Source: an uncultured Chloroflexia bacterium
Lineage (GTDB): Bacteria; Chloroflexota; Chloroflexia; Thermomicrobiales; UBA6265
Length of the DNA: 64,000 bases
NCBI GenBank assembly: GCA_963724295.1
Contig: CAVRUC010000011.1
Span: 32,001 to 96,000 of the forward strand
Direction of reading: 5' to 3'
The notes below the pieces were generated by a model. It saw nothing but the letters and a program-made list of their open reading frames with translations. It did not search any database and was not told the origin of the DNA. The translations under genes and the position numbers were made by a program. Positions 61,064 to 64,000 of this stretch are shown here, in pieces. Numbering within the stretch: the first letter of the stretch is position 1; every line of letters begins with the position of its first letter.

Positions 61064-62725
61064 CCGATCGGCTGAGCGTTGCTCGATCGTTGCGCGGAAA
61101 GCGCCGGCTGCACCCGCTGGCGATCATCTTCCCGTTCACCAGCTACTCCAGGCCACCGCGTCTTGGCCGAAGCTTGAGGATCCCCAGGTGGCTCCTGCTT
61201 TCGATCCTCTTCGTCGTGATCCTGATCGTCGACTACTTCTCGGACAGCCTGTCGGTGCGGGACGATGGCGGCATTATTTTCCAGCGCGACGAATTCACCC
61301 GGACAGACCTGTCGATCCTGACGATCGGGATCGGACTCATCGCTATCCCCCTCCTCGTCCACTGGTGGACGTTCCGGTGGTGGATCGACGACGACGCCAT
61401 CTGGACCAGCGGCGGGATCTTCGACGTCTGGCGGCGGCGGGTAACGTTCGATCACATTGTGACGATCGACCGCACGTCGACGCCGGTGCGGCGTCTCTTC
61501 GGTGTCTCCAGGATCGCGATCGAGACGACAGCTGTCGACCAGGCGACGCCAGATGTCCTCTTTGGGTACCTGTCGAAGAAGAATGCAAACCTCCTCGAGG
61601 AGTTGCTGATCACGAAGCTGGTGTTCGATGGCGAGGACAACGAGGTACGACGGTTCGATCCGCTCAGCGTCGATCAGCTCGGGTGGTGGGATCTGATCCT
61701 TGCCGGCGCGACGACACTCCAGATCGGTCGCGCTCTGGTAGTTCTGTACGCCGTAAGCCTATTCTTTCGGAACGAGATCTTCTCCTCGATCGACATCAGT
61801 GGCGAGATCACGACGCTCGAACCCCCTCCGGTTCACCTCGTGATCGTCCCCTTCCTCGGCATCATCGTCATCCTGTGGCTCGTGTCAACGCTCTATTTTC
61901 GTGGTGTCGTTCGCCCGTTTCAGGCTCGGCAAGCATGGGGGCTGGCTGATCCTCGAAACCGGCGTCATTCGCCGCTCGCGACGGCTGATCAAGGCCGGCG
62001 CCATCCAGGGGCTGGAGATCTCCCGGTCGCCACTGCAGCGGTACTTCAGAAGCAAGCGGGCGATGCTGCGGATGCGCCTGCCGGCGTACGGCTCTCCGCC
62101 GATCTACGCCATGGTGCTCCATCCGGCCGTCACCGATGCGACCCTCCCTTCCCTCACGAGTCAGATCGCGGGGATGGATCTGGCAACGAGCGAGGCGATG
62201 TGTGGGAAAGGGGTTCACCCGTTAGCGGCCAGGTGTCGCAACGCCTATGTCACCTACTGGCCGGTGCGGATCGCCGCGGTTTGCGGGGTGTTGCTGGCAT
62301 TGCTGCTGAGCCTTCAGCCGCGGCTGTGGTGGTGGGCGCTCCTCCCCCTGATCCTGGCCGTGCCGTTCGCGATCTCGGGGTGGCTGGCGTGGAGGAGTGC
62401 CGGCTGGTACGCCGGCAACGGCGAATGGCTGCTCGTGCAGCGAGGGGCGTTCACCCTCACCTCGACCGCCGCCAGGATCGATCAGATCCAGTACGTCCGC
62501 TGGTCACAAGGGTTGTTCTCGCGTGCCAACGCGACCTTCTCCCTGGCCATCTCGGTTGCCACGAGCGGAGGGGCGGGTCTGCTCAGCCGGTTCCTCGCCG
62601 TCCTGCGCGGGCCGGTCGACCCCTCGCTGGTTCGCATTCGCGCCGTAGCCGCCACGGACGCCGAGAAGATCGCGATCTCGAGCGGACTCGAGCGCTCGCT
62701 GCCTCCAGGAATGATCCCGGGGTGA
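61060..62725 (+). CDS. YdbT-like membrane protein with multiple bacterial PH domains (frameshift near 61900)
   Basis: RRLHPLAI; SGGIF..RRRV...RRLFGV..IAIET; ETGVIRRSRRLI...IQGLEISRSPLQR. Confidence 0.78.
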
Positions 62726-63039
62726 TCGAACGCTGACCGCCGCGTGCCCGGCCAGGGCGCCGTGCCACGTCCTCCGACGTTAGCGCAAGCTGTCGGAGGT
62801 GGATCGGCGCGTCCTGGAGGATCATCCCCAAAACTGACTTCGATCGAAAAAGACGACGAGCAAGACATTACGGAGACGTCAGACGAGTCGCTCCTACGAA
62901 ACACTGTTTGGCATCGCAACAGAGTCGAGCACCGTTTGGCGTTGGGGAAAGGCGCTGGTGTGGTCCGCGCCACGGAGGTCGACTCCAGGACCCCCGCTTC
63001 GGTACGTCGCTAACGGACGGTGTCGGGATGCTGAAAGCT

Positions 63040-63107
63040 CATTCTGTTAATGAAAGATAAAAACATGATTATCAGAATGTTGACAAGCGCAGCATCATGT
63101 GCATGAT
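63040..63107 (+). promoter_or_regulatory. AT-rich promoter region with 12-bp inverted repeat and TTGACA
   Basis: cattctgttaat...attatcagaatg (11/12); TTGACA at 63080. Confidence 0.45.
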
Positions 63108-63178
63108 ACCGGTACACAGCAATGAGTCCGGGTGAGCCCTGAATCTAACCGCGCCTGTGACGGAAAGGCGTTTCTGTG

Positions 63179-64000
63179 ATGGCCGAGTTGGACATCCGCT
63201 TGTTTGGAAGATTTCGCATCTACGCCCATGATGTCGAGATCACCGGGTTTGAGAGCGCGAAGGCTCAGGAACTCCTCTGCTACCTGCTCGTCCACTCTGG
63301 GCGGCCCCACCCCCGCGAAGCGATGGCTGGTCTCTTTTGGGACGAGCGGCCAACTGAGGTATCCCGCAAGTATCTGCGGCAGGCGCTTTGGCAACTGCAG
63401 ACTGCCCTCTGTACAGGGGTTGGCAACGCGCTCGGGGACGTTCTCCATGTCGAAGCCGACTGGATGCAACTCGATTTGAGCGACATGATCCACGTGGACG
63501 TCGTCAAATTGGAGCAGGCCTTTGACCACGCCCATGGCGTCGCTGGGCGGGACCTGGATGATCAAAGCTTCGCGCGTCTCCGCGCGGCCATTCATCTCTA
63601 CGACGGTGATTTGCTGGAGGGTTGGTATCAGGACTGGTGTCTAACGGCTCGCGAGCGGCTGCAAGTGAAGTACCTGGCGATCCTCGACAAGCTGATGGCC
63701 GCCAGCGAGTTCCGCCTCATGTACGAAGCCGGAATCTCGTATGGGACACGCATGTTAGAGGTCGACCGCGCGCGGGAAGCGACCCATCAGTGCCTGATGC
63801 GTTTGCATTACCTTTCCGGTGATCGCACCGGGGCCTTGCGCCAATTCGCGCGCTGCCGCGATGCCCTGCGCGACGATCTCGCCGTCGATCCGTCGCGGGC
63901 GACGATCGCGCTGCATGAGGCGATCCGTCACGATCGCCCCGACAGCCTTCAGGCCGGATTGCCGCACCCGGGCCAGTCACGCGAAATCGAGTCGGCCACC
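63179..64000 (+). CDS. SARP/AfsR-type regulator (OmpR-like wHTH + BTAD), runs off the window
   Basis: Manual translation MAELDIRLFGRFRI...KAQELLCYLL..RPHPREAMAGLFW...LRQALWQL...YDGDLLEGWYQDW..RERL...RE..HQCLMRLH. Confidence 0.9.
   Translation, partial: MAELDIRLFGRFRIYAHDVEITGFESAKAQELLCYLLVHSGRPHPREAMAGLFWDERPTEVSRKYLRQALWQLQTALCTGVGNALGDVLHVEADWMQLDLSDMIHVDVVKLEQAFDHAHGVAGRDLDDQSFARLRAAIHLYDGDLLEGWYQDWCLTARERLQVKYLAILDKLMAASEFRLMYEAGISYGTRMLEVDRAREATHQCLMRLHYLSGDRTGALRQFARCRDALRDDLAVDPSRATIALHEAIRHDRPDSLQAGLPHPGQSREIESAT

Noticed and set aside
1..64000. Frameshifts in roughly a quarter of genes as mass pseudogenisation or programmed frameshifting
   Set aside because: Single-base shifts in otherwise intact genes without in-frame stops or consistent slippery sites; most consistent with long-read indel errors.

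Overview
GC-rich bacterial DNA, probably Chloroflexota (Thermomicrobiales-like). This is inferred from the multiple XRE-HTH/NB-ARC/TPR regulators, Tat-exported 'AQDATP'-type proteins and octamer intergenic repeats. Many genes are split by single-base frameshifts, most likely long-read assembly indels. No rRNA, tRNA, CRISPR array, integrase or transposase was found. Main content: (i) four paralogous XRE-NB-ARC-TPR regulators, each divergently paired with a different cargo gene; (ii) an ECF sigma/anti-sigma pair and a 4xSH3-M23 peptidase; (iii) a solA-MDMPI-MOSC-SDR-hydantoinase A/B cluster rich in short repeats; (iv) an AbiEi/AbiEii type IV toxin-antitoxin islet with an ssb remnant, bracketed by a duplicated hydantoinase 3' end; (v) an RpiR-Opu ABC-solA-BHMT betaine-type operon; (vi) flavin oxidoreductases, a BVMO, an amidase, CorA, YdbS/YdbT-like PH proteins and a BTAD regulator running off the right end. 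The most notable unexplained structure is a ~30-bp 11-8-11 inverted-arm site (GTCTCA...GTCGT TT.T.AG), directly repeated at 35322, 39227 and 44165. It brackets two tandem regulator+cargo cassettes, suggesting a site-specific-recombination cassette array. Four degenerate 'ghost' copies of gene ends also flank inserted segments.
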